From Octopus vulgaris (taxonomy: Eukaryota), in the NCBI GenBank assembly GCA_951406725.2, contig OX597840.1, positions 10,044,001-10,108,000 of the forward strand: a stretch of DNA of 64,000 bases. The letters are read 5' to 3'. Of this stretch, positions 12,563-25,659 are shown one piece after another. Both the position numbers and the translations under genes were made by a program. Numbering within the stretch: position 1 is the stretch's first letter; each line of letters opens with the position of its first letter. Under the pieces are notes generated by a model. It saw only the letters and a program-made list of their open reading frames with translations, was not told the origin of the DNA and did not search any database.

Positions 12563-12665
12563 GAGATAAAGAGAACGAAGGACAGACAGGCACAGTGACT
12601 CAGGGAAAAAGACAGAGAGAGAGAGCGAGAGAGAGAGAAACAGAAAGACAGAGGGAGAGATAGGG
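11490..12665. repeat. Polypurine (GA-rich) tract followed by (GATA)n
   Basis: More than 800 bp of almost pure A/G with GAGTGAGGAAAGGAGAGA units, then (TAGA)n at ~12330-12560. Confidence 0.9.
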
Positions 12666-13024
12666 AGAAAGACAGAGAAGACACGTCATGGGGCCATCTA
12701 AACGTATCAATCGATTCTGGTTTCTTCGTTTCTCTCCCGTAGCTGCTGCCATATTTTCGTTGGTTCCTGTCAGCCATTTTAAAACACGACAATAATATAA
12801 TTAATGTTATCAACAAATCCTCTCCTTAATCCGTTTTTTGTTATCATTCTGTCCAATCGCTTCCACATTGCATGTCTTTATAATAGTTTATCTTCATCCT
12901 TCCGACTTCAATCTTTTCCATCTTGCCTCTTTGCCTTTCTTACTTTCGTTCTGGAGTCAGCGCGTGCGTCAACGTGAGCGTACTCGCGCGCGCGTGTGTG
13001 TATCTTTCTGTAGAAGAGTCTGTC

Positions 13025-13206
13025 CAGCCGTGGCTGTGTGGTAAGAAGCTTGCTTCCCAGCCACATGGTTCCATGTGGAACTATGTGATTCCACATGGTT
13101 CAGTCTCATTGCGTGACACCTTGGGCAAATGTCTCCTAACCAAAGCCTTGCGAGTGGATTTGGTAAACGGAAACTGAAAGAAACCTGTCGTATATCTATC
13201 TATCTA

Positions 13207-13248
<42 letters not shown>

Positions 13249-13470
13249 TATACATATGTGTGTGTATTTGTGTTGTCCCTTCCTCACCATCGCTTGACAA
13301 CAGATGTTGGTGTGTTTACGTCCCCTTAACATAGCGGTTCGGCAAAAAAGACCGATGGAATAAGTACTAGGCATACAAAGAATAAGTCCTGGGGTCGATT
13401 TGCTCGAGTAAAGGCGGTGCTGCAGCATGGCCGCAGCCAAATGACTGAAGCAAGTAACAGAATAAAAGAA
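13025..13470 (+). mobile_element. SINE family A, diverged copy
   Basis: Same head, core and tail as 105-513, with a small duplication in the head. Confidence 0.85.
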
Positions 13471-13474
13471 TATA

Positions 13475-13529
<55 letters not shown>

Positions 13530-13531
13530 TA

Positions 13532-13738
13532 TGGTTAATCCAAACAAGAAAGCACAAAAAACACAACAACGCGAGGACGTGGAACAAATATAATATTATT
13601 GGACGCTCAGGAAAGAAGGAAAGAAGGAGGGTTTAACGTTTCGTGCGGAGCTCTTCGTCGGAAACATAGGAGAAGGAAAGATCCAGAGAAGGGAAGACAG
13701 AGGAAAAAACATCGCCAGCGGTACACACGCGGTGTCAT
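13532..13738 (-). mobile_element. Short hammerhead-bearing element between (TA)n tracts (second copy 43593-43795)
   Basis: GTTAATCCAAACAAGAAA...GGACGTGGAACAAA...GGACGCTCA shared with 43593-43770. Confidence 0.7.
13631..13665 (-). ncRNA. Minimal type I hammerhead, CCGACGA (U4C) variant
   Basis: gttt CCGACGA a gagc-tcc-gcac GAA ACGT T aaac on the minus strand. Confidence 0.55.
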
Positions 13739-14171
13739 TATATATATATATATCTTAAATTCGTATATGGGAACGTTAGGGGCATGCAAATAAAGCTCCA
13801 ATTTCCTTATGACGGCTATCGTCTAATGAAACAGTCTAGCAAGTCAGTTTTTGCGGGGTTGCATCATGGTTATACCGATATAATGTAGGATAAATATAAC
13901 AATAACAATAATTCTAGGTTGGAATTTATAATATCTAATAAATCGGTACACGCGTTTCCACAATTTACGTGACTTTAACATCAGATACCGTATCCTTGGG
14001 ATGTTTATATTGTAGTCCGTAGTATCCGCGCTCATCCGGTTGATCATCATCATTTCATCATTTCATCATTTGATTATGCATTTCATCCACTTCTATATTT
14101 AAGGGATGAGGAATTATGTACATTATTTACATTATTTATATTTGACGGATATTTGTCCTCATCTTGTTGTT

Positions 14172-14217
14172 AACACAACGTTTCGGCTGATATACTCTCC
14201 AGCCTTCATCAGGTGTC
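14172..14217 (-). ncRNA. Minimal type I hammerhead ribozyme, intact core
   Basis: gacac CTGATGA a ggctg-(10 nt)-cagcc GAA ACGT T gtgtt: 5-bp helix I, 5-bp helix II, palindromic helix III; lies next to (ATT)n in a ~14100-14270 element. Confidence 0.8.
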
Positions 14218-14272
14218 ACGGGGAAATTTCGAACTTGCGTTCTCATTTCTAAGGTATTTTTCGATGTCGTTG

Positions 14273-14346
<74 letters not shown>

Positions 14347-14569
14347 TTATTATTATCATTATTATTATTATTATTATTATCATTATTATTATTAATAGTC
14401 GTATCATGATATTCATCCAGGAATCTTGTTGGATTCCTTCAACAGCAGGGAGATGAAATAACGGATTAAAGCTTGGATAAAACACAGCAGGATTACCACC
14501 TTAATCTCCTGCTGCTAAATTAATCATGTTTTCATAATGCCATTTTATTTTCTCTTCGTCGGGTTTTTC

Positions 14570-14778
14570 TCTTTTATTCTTTTACTTGTTTCAGTCACTG
14601 GACAGCGGCCATGCTGGAGCACCACTTCGAAGGGTTTACTTGAACAAATTAACTCCAGTACGCATTCATTTTATTAAAAAAAAACAGTTTGATACTTATT
14701 CTCTCCGTCTCATTTTCCGGGAGTCGTAAATAAACCAACACCGGTTGTCGAGCAATGAAGGGGCATTCATAAACACAA

Positions 14779-14817
<39 letters not shown>

Positions 14818-14862
14818 TATGTGTGCGATATATGTTCTTATCAGTTGTCCGTAGGCGAAACT
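14570..14862 (-). mobile_element. Old SINE family A-related copy, interrupted by a MITE
   Basis: TTTTACTTGTTTCAGTCA...GGCCATGCTGGAGCACC tail; strongly diverged body. Confidence 0.65.
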
Positions 14863-14863
14863 A

Positions 14864-15384
14864 CCGTAAATCCTCGAGTATAGTGCACCCTTGAGTATAA
14901 TACGCAGGGGATTTTTAGGGGGCTGTACTTCTGAAAAACCTAAACCTTGTGTATAATACACACCCCTTCTCTAACTTGAGCCGTGCGTAATCAAGCCAGC
15001 AGCACCTAGTCGAACAAACACTTCCGCGCTTGCGTAATACAATAATGGTGATGTTCTTAACTGTTATATGGGAATGTAAATATGCTTGCAAATTGTTTTG
15101 CTACATGGTATTCTGTGTTCTGAATACTTTTATTTTAATAAATGTTGCTTTCTACAAGTTATGGACGATTCTTTTATGACTTCATTGCTTTCAGGCTTAG
15201 CTTAAGGTATTTTCGCGTCCGACATTACAAAATGCGTCTGAATAAACATTGCCGGACAGCAAATAGAGACTCGGACATTGCTTAGAAAATATTTTTCCTT
15301 TTTAACCTCGTATATAGTACACACTAGGGATTTTGACCTTTAAATTTTGGGGAAAAAATGCGGATTATACTCGAGGATTTACTG
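14864..15384. mobile_element. Non-autonomous Tc1/mariner-superfamily (pogo/Tc2-like) element
   Basis: TIRs CCGTAAATCCTCGAGTATA / TATACTCGAGGATTTACTG, each flanked by TA. Confidence 0.85.
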
Positions 15385-15530
15385 TAAGACGTCTTCCTGT
15401 CCTAATTTCTGTCAGTGCAAAATAGCATCAGCCGATTGCAATTCCTCGCTGAACAGTTTTTATTTCAAAGATTTCTTTCTCCTCGATGGATTGTCTTCCA
15501 TTACGGTTGGTCAACACCGACAACACTTGA

Positions 15531-15858
15531 CAGACACTGCTTCCCACATCGCTTTCAGACCAGACACTGCTTCCCACATCGTTTTCAGACCGACCAGACG
15601 CTGCTTCCCACATTGTTTTCAGACCAGACACTGCTTCCCACATCGCTTTCAGACCAGACACTGCTTCCCACATCGCTTTCAGACCAGAAACTACTTCCCA
15701 CATTGCTTTCAGACCAGAAACTACTTCCCACATCATTTTTAGACCAGATCCTGCTTCCCACATCGTTTTCAGACCAGACACTGCTTCCCACATCGTTTTC
15801 AGACCAGACACTGCTTCCCACATCGCTTTCCGAACAGACACTGCTTCCCACATCGCTC
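15531..15858. repeat. 30-bp minisatellite x ~11
   Basis: CAGACACTGCTTCCCACATCGYTTTCAGAC units. Confidence 0.95.
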
Positions 15859-16234
15859 AAGATTGAGAGCAGACACCGAAACTTAACAACACCAACAGGT
15901 ACAACAACAACAAAAAACAAACAAACAAACAACAAAAGAGAACAACAACAACCACAACACTCACAACGAACGACAGCGGCAACGTCGAGAACAACCTCAA
16001 AAACAACAACAACAACGCCATCACATAGAGTAACAGTAAAAAGACGGACCAATAACTCCTCTACACCCTTCCAACGGTCAATTAACCCTGTCCGCTTTTT
16101 GGTCAATAATTATCCCAGTTGGTCTTTATTCTAGTAAAGTGGCTTCAGTTGGCTCTTAACTACGCTAACGCAACAAATGCTAATATTTTACAGTTGCACA
16201 AACCTTGTGGTCTTCCTTCTTCGCGGTTTCTGTC

Positions 16235-16414
16235 TTTGTTGTTGCTGTTCGTTGTTGTTGTTGTTGTTGTTGTTATTTTTGTTTTTGTTGTTGTTGTTGC
16301 GATTACTTCTGTTGTTGCATTTTTTTTTTTGCTTTAGGAGTTGTTGTTGTAATTGTTTTCGTTATCGTTGCTATTGTTGCAACCGCTGCGCTGTTGTATG
16401 TGCTCCCTATAGTA

Positions 16415-16451
<37 letters not shown>

Positions 16452-16495
16452 TAGTGGTAGTATTTATAGTAGTAGTAGTAGTAGTAGTAGTAGTA

Positions 16496-16534
<39 letters not shown>

Positions 16535-16642
16535 CAGTAGTAGTAATAGTAGTAGTAGCATTAGTAGTTGTAGTAGTAGTAGTAATAGTAGTAGTAGCAG
16601 TAGTAGTTGTAGTAGTAGTAGTAGTAATAGTAGTAGTAGTAT

Positions 16643-16683
<41 letters not shown>

Positions 16684-16715
16684 ATAGTAGTAGTAGTAGT
16701 ATTATAATAGTAGTA

Positions 16716-16754
<39 letters not shown>

Positions 16755-16755
16755 C
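16235..16755. repeat. (GTT)n / (CAG)n / (TAG)n trinucleotide complex
   Basis: Directly visible. Confidence 0.95.
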
Positions 16756-16991
16756 GTTTTATCGCGTTGTAGTTGTTGTTTTCGCCGTCATTGTCTTTCT
16801 TCTCTGTTCTTGAGATTCCATGCTGGGAGAGATAATGGTAAGGATGGAATTAAGATGGAATAATTCCATTGAACCAATCAGGAAGAAATAATTGTTTTCT
16901 TCTCTCTTTTTTTTTTGCTTTCCATATTTTTTTATCTACTCCAACGGAATCAATAATATATACATAAAAAATATATACATATAATACATTC

Positions 16992-17033
<42 letters not shown>

Positions 17034-17053
17034 TATATATATATATATATATA

Positions 17054-17114
<61 letters not shown>

Positions 17115-17269
17115 GTATATATATGTATATATATATATATATGAATATATATTTATATATATATATATATGAATATATATGTATATATATATGTATATAT
17201 ATGTATTGTTATATTTCGGAATGGTCATATTGCCAGTTTAGCCAATAAATAAATATATATATATATATG

Positions 17270-17359
<90 letters not shown>

Positions 17360-17574
17360 AAACAAATAGAAACATGATATAAAAACCTAGGTAGATTTTT
17401 CTGAGATAAGTGAGTAATTTTGTGAGGACAAATTTCGTTATTTGAGTATGACATGTTGTCATGGAAACATGATGTGTCCATGTGTCAGTGTCTTAAGTGT
17501 GAAAAGCGTACGGAAGGATGTGTATATGTGTATGTGTGCATACATGTATATCTGTGTACTGTAACTGTGTATGT

Positions 17575-17688
17575 ATTTATGTTTCGAGCCTACGCTCTTC
17601 TACAGAAAGGGACACAGAAAAATAAACACAAGGAGAGAAACAAGGAGAAAAAAAATGCGTGTAGTGGCTATCGATCTATCATAGCGAA

Positions 17689-17690
<2 letters not shown>
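17575..17690 (-). mobile_element. Remnant of the 23910-24070 element with mutated hammerhead core (CTGTAGA)
   Basis: GTTTCGAGCCTACGCTCTTCTACAGAAAGGGACACAG matches 24011-24047 except for one base. Confidence 0.65.
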
Positions 17691-17722
<32 letters not shown>

Positions 17723-18012
17723 ATGGAGAAACAGTACAAAATGTATAAATATGGTTGATGAGTAAAGCACCGGTATAGTTTCGATTACCTGTTGTTATCG
17801 TTAGATTAATTGCAGGGATTTCGTAGTGGAGGTTGGGGTGACAGTATTAATAAAATAGGAGATTGAATGTGTAGTAAATATTATTGGGTACAACACATGT
17901 TTCGACCCGTTCTGGGTTTCAAGTACATCAATAATTTTTCTCTGATTTTAATTGTTCTCGAATTTGATGGACATATAGCAATACTTAAGCCGACTCAAGA
18001 TATTTCTAGTGA

Positions 18013-19170
18013 AAGGCGGCGAGCTGGCAGAAACGTTAGCACGCCGGGCGAAATGCTGAGCGATATTTCGTCTGCAGCTACGTTCTGAGTTCAAATTTCG
18101 CCGAGGTCGACTTTGCCTTTCATCCTTTCGGGGTCGATAAATTAAGTACAAGTTACGCACTGGGGTCGAAATAATCGACTTAATCCGTTTGTCTGTCCTT
18201 GTTTGTCCTCTCTGTGTTTAGCCCCTTGTGGGCAGTAAAGAAATAGGTATTTCGTCTGCCGTGACGTTCTGAGTTCAAATTCCGCCGAGGTCGACTTTGT
18301 CTTTCATCCTTTCGGGGTCGATTAAATAAGTACCAGTTACGCACTGGGGTCGATATAATCGACTTAATCCGTTTGTCTGTCCGTGTTTGTCCTCTCTGTG
18401 TTTAGCCCCTTGTGGGTAGTAAAGAAATAGATATTTCGTCTGCCACTACGATCTGAGTTCAAATTCCGCCGAAGTCAATTTAGCATTTCATCGTTTCGGG
18501 TTCGATAAATTAAGTACCAGTTATGCACTGGGGTCGATATAATCGACTTAATCCGTTTGTCTGTCCTTTTTTTGTCCTCTCTGTGTTTAGCCCCTTGTGG
18601 GCAGTAAAGAAATAGGTATTTCGTCTGCCGCTACGTTCTGAGTTCAAATTCTGCCGAGGTCGACTTTGCCTTTCATCCTTTCGGGGTCGATTAAATAAGT
18701 ACCAGTTACGCACTGGGGTCGATATAATCGACTTAATCCGTTTGTCTGTCCTTGTTTGTCCTCTCTGTGTTTAGCCCCTTGTGGGCAGTAAAGAAATAGG
18801 TATTTCGTCTGCCGTGACGTTCTGAGTTCAAATTCCGCCGAGGTCGACTTTGTCTTTCATCCTTTCGGGGTCGATTAAATAAGTACCAGTTACGCACTGG
18901 GGTCGATATAATCGACTTAATCCGTTTGTCTGTCCTTTTTTTGTCCTCTCTGTGTTTAGCCCCTTGTGGGCAGTAAAGAAATAGGTATTTCCTCTGCCGC
19001 TACGTTCTGAGTTCAAATTCTGCCGAGGTCGACTTTGCCTTTCGGATCCTTTCGGGGTCGATTAAATAAGTACCAGTTACGCACTGGGGTCGATATAATC
19101 GACTTAATCCATTTGTATGTCCTTGTTTGTCCTCTCTGTGTATAGCCCCTTGTGGGCAGTAAAGAAATAA
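18013..19170 (+). mobile_element. SINE family C: one head plus 6 tandem ~184-bp body units
   Basis: Head AAGGCGGCGAGCTGGCAGAAACGTTAGCACG, B box-like GAGTTCAAATTC, units restarting at GTATTTCGTCTG; imperfect TSD ATYTCTAGTGA. Confidence 0.9.
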
Positions 19171-19821
19171 GAAATCTCTAGTGAGAGCGATTTGAGACAA
19201 AATACAGTACCTACATGGATTATATATCCGTTTATACACATTTTCGAAATGTAAATTGGGTGGGTGATTTACCTTCAACCTTGGCGGGTACATGTTGATG
19301 ACAAGCCTCGAAAAAGGCAAAACACCCGTGTGTGTGTGTGTCTGTCCCCCCTTCACACTGGTGGTTGCTACTATTGTAGAGCTCTTGCCCCATACATATA
19401 TGGTCTTCTTCATACCTTACTACTGAACCTCCTTTTCCTATTTCCATATTCCTATTGCTTTACATGTATGTATTTATGTATGTATGTATGTATTTATGTA
19501 TGTATGTATGTATGCATGTATGTATGTGTGTATGCATGCATATATGTATGCATGCATGTGTGTATGCATGCATGTATGTATGCATGCATTAGTGTATGCA
19601 TGCATGTATGTATGTATGTATGCATGCATGTATGTATGTATGTATGTATGTATCTATCTATCTATCCAGTGAGAGAAGGTACTGGCTAGTACCATTTTTA
19701 TTAAAGATATGAGTTAAAAATAACTCAAAAGTCACAAAATCACTGTCTTAATGACCGACAAAGGGAAGTGTTTGTGTATGCAGGTAGGTTTGTGTATATG
19801 TTTGTGTATGCAGATGTATGC

Positions 19822-19882
<61 letters not shown>

Positions 19883-20348
19883 CGAGTGTGTGAGTGTGTG
19901 ATTCACTACAGTTCCTGAAATAACTAGTGCCATAATTAAAAGACATCTGCGAAACGTTGTGGAAAAGAAAAAAAGCTTGTTGAAGCATAATAAATGTGAA
20001 ATTGCAAGGCTGTTTGCGACTCCACGTTGAAGCTGACATAATTACAGAACAGAAACTTCTCATTAACGAGAAACAGTAATGGAAACAATCAAGGCAGCGT
20101 ACGCAAGTGTGATGACAATGACTCATGGGAACAATGGCCATATGCTTGACAACAGTTCGCTGAAAACCGCGTGTTAGGATTAATGGATTTCTACTAATGT
20201 AATTTTCATTAAAAGTCAGAGCTGGCTTCGCCATCGTTTCTTGAAATCTTGAAATCTGTTTCTTAGCAATACGCAAAACGCCTCATTTATATTGTTTATT
20301 AGGGAAAAAGAGCAGCTGGTAGTGAAGAAATGATGTTAGGTTGTCAGT

Positions 20349-20586
20349 AAGGCGGCGAGCTGGCAGAAACGTTAGCACGCCGGCCGAAATGCGTAGCCGT
20401 ATTTCGTCTGCCACTACGTTCTGAGTTCAAATTTCGCCGAGGTCGACTTTACCTTTCATCCTTTCGGGGTCGATAAATAAAGTACCAGTTACGCACTGGG
20501 GCCGATATAATCGACTTAATCCGTTTGTCTGTCCTTGTTTGTCCTCTCTGTGTTTAGCCCCTAGTGGGTAGTAAAGAAATAGGTAT
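20349..20586 (+). mobile_element. SINE family C monomer
   Basis: Single head plus body; TSD TTAGGTTGTCA on both sides. Confidence 0.9.
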
Positions 20587-21436
20587 TAGGTTGTCAAGAA
20601 AGTTGTTGCGGAATTTTTAATTTTGGTTTTAAATGATGTATTTTCAAATAAATTTTCGTTAAATTACTTTGACTATATATATCATTTTAAAGCCCATTTT
20701 TCGCTCTATCTAATCGTGTTACCCTTTTTTTAAATAATTAGGCCATTTTTCCGGAACGTTGAATACAATATGGACAAAAAGCAAATTTGCACAATTTTCT
20801 TATTCCAGTTCAAGCTAGGCCGAAAAGCTACTGAAACAGCTCGTGATATCAACGATGTGTTTGGCCCGGGAACTACTAATGAACGTAGAGCATAATGGTG
20901 GTTCAAGAAATTTCGTAGAGGTGACGAGAGTTTTGAAGATGATAAGCGTATTGGTCGGTCATCGGATGACAACGGTCAACTAAGAGCCTTAGTCGAAGCC
21001 AGTCCACGCACAACTGTTCGAGAGCTTGCTTCTGAATTAGACGTAACGTATACGACAATTTCCAATCACTTGAAAGAGATTGGACAAAACAAAAATACTT
21101 GAGAAATGGGTGCCGCATGAACTGAACGACAAATATAAATAAAAAAAACGCCGTTTTGAAGTGTCGTCTTCCCTTCTTTTACGCAACAAGAACGACCCGT
21201 TTCTCGACCGGATTGTGACTTGCGATGAAAAGTGGATTCTTTACGACGGCAACCGGCGACGCTCAGCTCAGTGCTGGGACACCAACGAAGCTCCACGGCA
21301 CATACCGAAGCCAAAGTTGCACCAAAAGAAGGCCATGGTAACTATTTGGTGGTCTGCGGCTGGTCTCATCCATCACAGCTTTTTGGATCCAGGCGAAACC
21401 ATTACGGCGGAGAAGTACTGTCAGCAAACGGATGAA
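20585..21436 (+). mobile_element. Decayed mariner (Hsmar1/cecropia-like) with left TIR, 3' truncated
   Basis: TA-TTAGGTTGTCAAGAAAGTTGTTGCGG TIR-like start; ATG at 20770 MDKKQICTIFLFQFKLGRKATETARDIN...[42 protein letters not shown]; stops and frameshifts. Confidence 0.9.
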
Positions 21437-21919
21437 TTTGATTTTTGTCCATGTTGTATGGCCTAATTATTCAAAAACAAAAATGAATGCAGTGTTGTTT
21501 TCAAGCGCTTCCTTGCCATTCACCATTTACCGCATCATTTCTTTCCTTTTTTTTCCTCTTATAAGGATATGTTGAGCGCGCCCACAGGCTTAATTTATCA
21601 CACAGATGTAGTTCCTATGTCTGCTGATTGTTCAGCGTGGTAGCGGCAGCGCCGACAGCCGCAAAGGAAAGTATATCCACTGAGAGCTTTTTGGTGTGTT
21701 CAAAAAATACTCCCTCCACATATTTTCATGACGAGGTTAAGGCCTGGAATCTTCCAAACAGACGCATAACATGTCGCTTAGTTGAATTAGCCCTTCATTT
21801 GTTCCACAAATATTTTGTTGTCAATGCTGCACTTCCCCATATCAAATGTTTCAACTTAACTGTATCATATATACAAACTATGCTATTTAAATCCCGAGCA
21901 ACGCCGGGTATGTGCGCTA

Positions 21920-22069
<150 letters not shown>

Positions 22070-22152
22070 ATGTATGTATAAGTATATGTATATATTTCGT
22101 TTGGGGATTTGGTCTGCAAGATTCTTTATATGAGTTCGTGTGTTGAAGCATA

Positions 22153-22410
22153 TTCTGTTGTGTCTGGGGAGAGTCATTTTATTTTTGTACCTTATAATGT
22201 AACACACTCACCGGTAAACTTTCCATTCATTCCTTATTTCTATTCTCCTAAAATTTTCGTTGCGTCTCGCAACCTTTTTAATAGTTAAGGTTGCAAGACG
22301 CAACGAAAATTTTAGGAAAATAAAAATAAGAAATAAGTGGAAATTTTACCGGTGAGTGTGTTACATTATAAGGTACAAAAAGAAAATGACTCTCCCCAGA
22401 CACAACAGTA
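22153..22410. repeat. Inverted duplication, ~125-bp arms, ~10-bp spacer
   Basis: CTGTTGTGTCTGGGGAGAGTCATTTT...TTTTCGTTGCGTCTCGCAACCTT is mirrored at 22287-22410. Confidence 0.9.
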
Positions 22411-22421
22411 TATGTATATAC

Positions 22422-22459
<38 letters not shown>

Positions 22460-22501
22460 TAGAAAATGGAGAAACATACTTAAATCAATCAAACATCAAC
22501 C

Positions 22502-22564
<63 letters not shown>

Positions 22565-22714
22565 TTGCCATACTAATATAGCATTCTTATAAAAATAAGA
22601 ATAAAGCTGTCCGCTTATTAGCTCCATGAGGCCATCGCCTTAAGTTAGCTATTTGATACACAAACTGTATCCATATGTAAATGTGTGTATATATGTATAT
22701 ATATGCATACATAT

Positions 22715-22832
<118 letters not shown>

Positions 22833-23384
22833 ATATATATATATATGCATATATCTTAACAACAGCATGTGTCATTGCTCGTGGTATAAATAACGAACAT
22901 AAATATGCTGATATAAATTTTCTATAATTTGGAGAAATTGCCTCTGGAACACGATAAAACAATGCTGGTAATCTTCATTTTCGTTTGGTCGTATTGATTC
23001 GTGTACAATGGCTGCATCGAAGACGTTTCAGAAAATTGCTTCACCCTAAGTTTTCCAAAATGAATAAGTTAATAGATAAAGAAATAAAATGAAAGAAAGG
23101 AAAAGAAATAACCAAAGAAATATAGAAGCTAAGATAATTGCCTTTACTTGTCTTCATTTTGAGAAATGTCGTTTCGTTCTTTTTATGAAATTACAGTACA
23201 TAATTTATATAATTACTTATAATGAAATATTTTTCTCTTCAGCAATTTACCCAACTGTCTATTGGTTATGGCCATAAAATATTCTAATATTTTTCCGTTT
23301 TGACCTACAAAGAACAAATTTCAGAACAATTTACTTGGCCCCTGGTTAACGTCTGCAAAAGATGGCTTCCAGTGACATGCAAAA

Positions 23385-23593
23385 TACTCTTTACTCTTTA
23401 CTCTTTTACTTGTTTCAGTCATTTGACTGCGGCCATGCTGGAGCACCGCCTTTAATCGAGAAATTCGACCCCGGGACTTATTCTTTGTAAGCCCAGTACT
23501 TATTCTATCGGTCTCTTTTGCCGAACCGCTAAGTGACGGGGACGTAAACACACCAGCATCGGTTGTCAAGCAATGCTAGGGGGACAAACACAG

Positions 23594-23632
<39 letters not shown>

Positions 23633-23790
23633 CATATATACGACAGGCTTCTTTCAGTTTCCGTCTACCAAATCCACTCACAAGGCATTGGTCAGCCCGG
23701 GGCTATAGCAGAAGACACTTGCCCAAGATGCCGCACAGTGAGACTGAACCCAGAAGCATGTGGTTGGTTAGCAAGCTACTTACCACACAG
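23385..23790 (-). mobile_element. SINE family A
   Basis: Reverse complement of the 105-513 consensus. Confidence 0.9.
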
Positions 23791-23798
23791 CTACTTAC

Positions 23799-23910
<112 letters not shown>

Positions 23911-24003
23911 GGGAGAGTTTACGAAAAATACAACAAAAGACGAAGACAGGTGGTGTACAAAACAAACAAATGTATTAGTATAACGCTCAGGAATAGAAAA
24001 AGT

Positions 24004-24039
24004 CTTTTACGTTTCGAGCCTACGCTCTTCTTCAGAAAG
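24004..24039 (-). ncRNA. Minimal type I hammerhead ribozyme, intact core
   Basis: cttt CTGAAGA a gagc-gtag-gctc GAA ACGT A aaag, inside a ~23910-24070 element bounded by (TA)n; a related fragment lies at 8486-8547. Confidence 0.8.
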
Positions 24040-24462
24040 GGACACAGAAAACAAGGAGAGAAACAAGGAATATATATATATATATATAATTGCGTGTGTA
24101 TATATGCCTAGAAGTGTTTATGCATCTATGCATGTATATATGCTTATGTGTGTGTATGCATGTGTGTATGTGTACATGTGTGTGTGTGTGTATATATGTT
24201 ACACAGTTGCCAATGCGAAACACATAAATATACGCAACTGCCAGCGCACTCACGCTGTTTTAAAATATTGCTTGAACAGCGACGCAATTTCGTTGAGAAA
24301 TTGGTTTGAGCGACCTCCTTGGTATTAAGTTTAAGATTCCCAAGAGGGTCTCAAATGAAATGAAAAATGTGAGCTTCAAGTTTTTTTCAGTTGTTTTTAT
24401 TTATTTATATATTTATTTATTTTGAAAGAAGAAAAATAAGTGTTTTTTTTCATAATAATATT

Positions 24463-24502
<40 letters not shown>

Positions 24503-24505
<3 letters not shown>

Positions 24506-24921
24506 TCTTTTACTCTTTTACTCTTTTACTTGTTTCAGTCATTTGACTGCGGCCATGCTGGAGCACAGCCTTTAATCGAGCAACTCGACCCCGGGACTTA
24601 TTCTTTTTTTGTAAGCCCAGTACTTATTCTATCGGTCTCTTTTGCCGAACCGCTAGGTAACCTAGGCATAAACACACCAGCATCAGTGGTCAAGCAATTG
24701 ACCACTGGGGGACAAACACAGACACACAAACACACACACGCATATATATATACATATATACGACGGGCTTCTTTCAGTTTCCGTCTACCAAATCCACTCA
24801 CAAGGCATTGGTCGGCCCGGGGCTATAGCAGAAGACACTTGCCCAAGGTGCCACGCAGTGGGACTGAACCCGGAACCATGTGGTTGGTTAGCAAGCTACT
24901 TACCACACAGCCACTCCTGCG

Positions 24922-24925
<4 letters not shown>
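24503..24925 (-). mobile_element. SINE family A
   Basis: Full copy. Confidence 0.9.
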
Positions 24926-24966
<41 letters not shown>

Positions 24967-24969
<3 letters not shown>

Positions 24970-25247
24970 AGTGGTTAGGGCTGCGGACTCGCGGTTTCGA
25001 TTCCCAGACCGGGCGTTTTGAGTGTTTATTGAGCGAAAACACCTAAAAGCTCCACGATGCTCCGGCAGTGGGGCGGGCGATCCCTGCTGTACCCTTTCAC
25101 CACTCTTTCTCCCAGTCTTTCTTCTGTTGGCATGCTCGCTTAGCCAGCGGGGTGGGTGTCATTCGAAGGCTAAAACAATGCGAACGCATTGTGACCAGCG
25201 ATGTGTAACAACATCTGATGGTCTGGTCGGTCACGTGATCACGTGAT
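24967..25247 (+). mobile_element. tRNA-derived SINE family B, tail type 2
   Basis: CCCAGTGGTTAGGGC...GGTTTCGATTCCC head; tail ends TCACGTGATCACGTGATA. Confidence 0.85.
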
Positions 25248-25261
25248 ATATATATATATAT

Positions 25262-25655
25262 TACTCTTTTACACATTTACGTCATGTGACTGTGGCCATG
25301 CTGGAGCACCGCCACTAGTCGAGCAAATCAACTCCAGGACTTATTCTTTGTAAGCCTAGTACTTATTCTATCAGTCTCTTTTGCCGAACGGCTAGGTTAT
25401 GGGGATGTAAACACACCAGCATCGGTTGTCAAGCGATGTTGGCGGGACAAACACAGACACACAAACATATACACAGACATACATATATATAGATACATAT
25501 ATACGACGGGCTTCTTTCAGTTTCCGTCTACCAAATCCACCCACAATGCTTTGGTCGGTCCGAGGCCATACTAGAAGACATTTGCCCAAGGTGCCACGCA
25601 GTGGGACTGAACCCGGAATCATGTGGTTGATAAGCAAGCTACTTACCACATGGTT
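25262..25655 (-). mobile_element. SINE family A, diverged
   Basis: Full copy with substitutions. Confidence 0.85.
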
Positions 25656-25659
25656 ATAT

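Noticed and set aside
12680-12816. Possible first exon or promoter ([10 protein letters not shown]... on the minus strand, TGACGT word)
   Set aside because: Short, runs into GA/GATA repeats, no recognisable homology or further exons
15531-15858. 30-bp and 20-bp (29668-29938) repeats as CRISPR arrays
   Set aside because: No unique spacers, no cas genes, eukaryotic context; these are ordinary minisatellites
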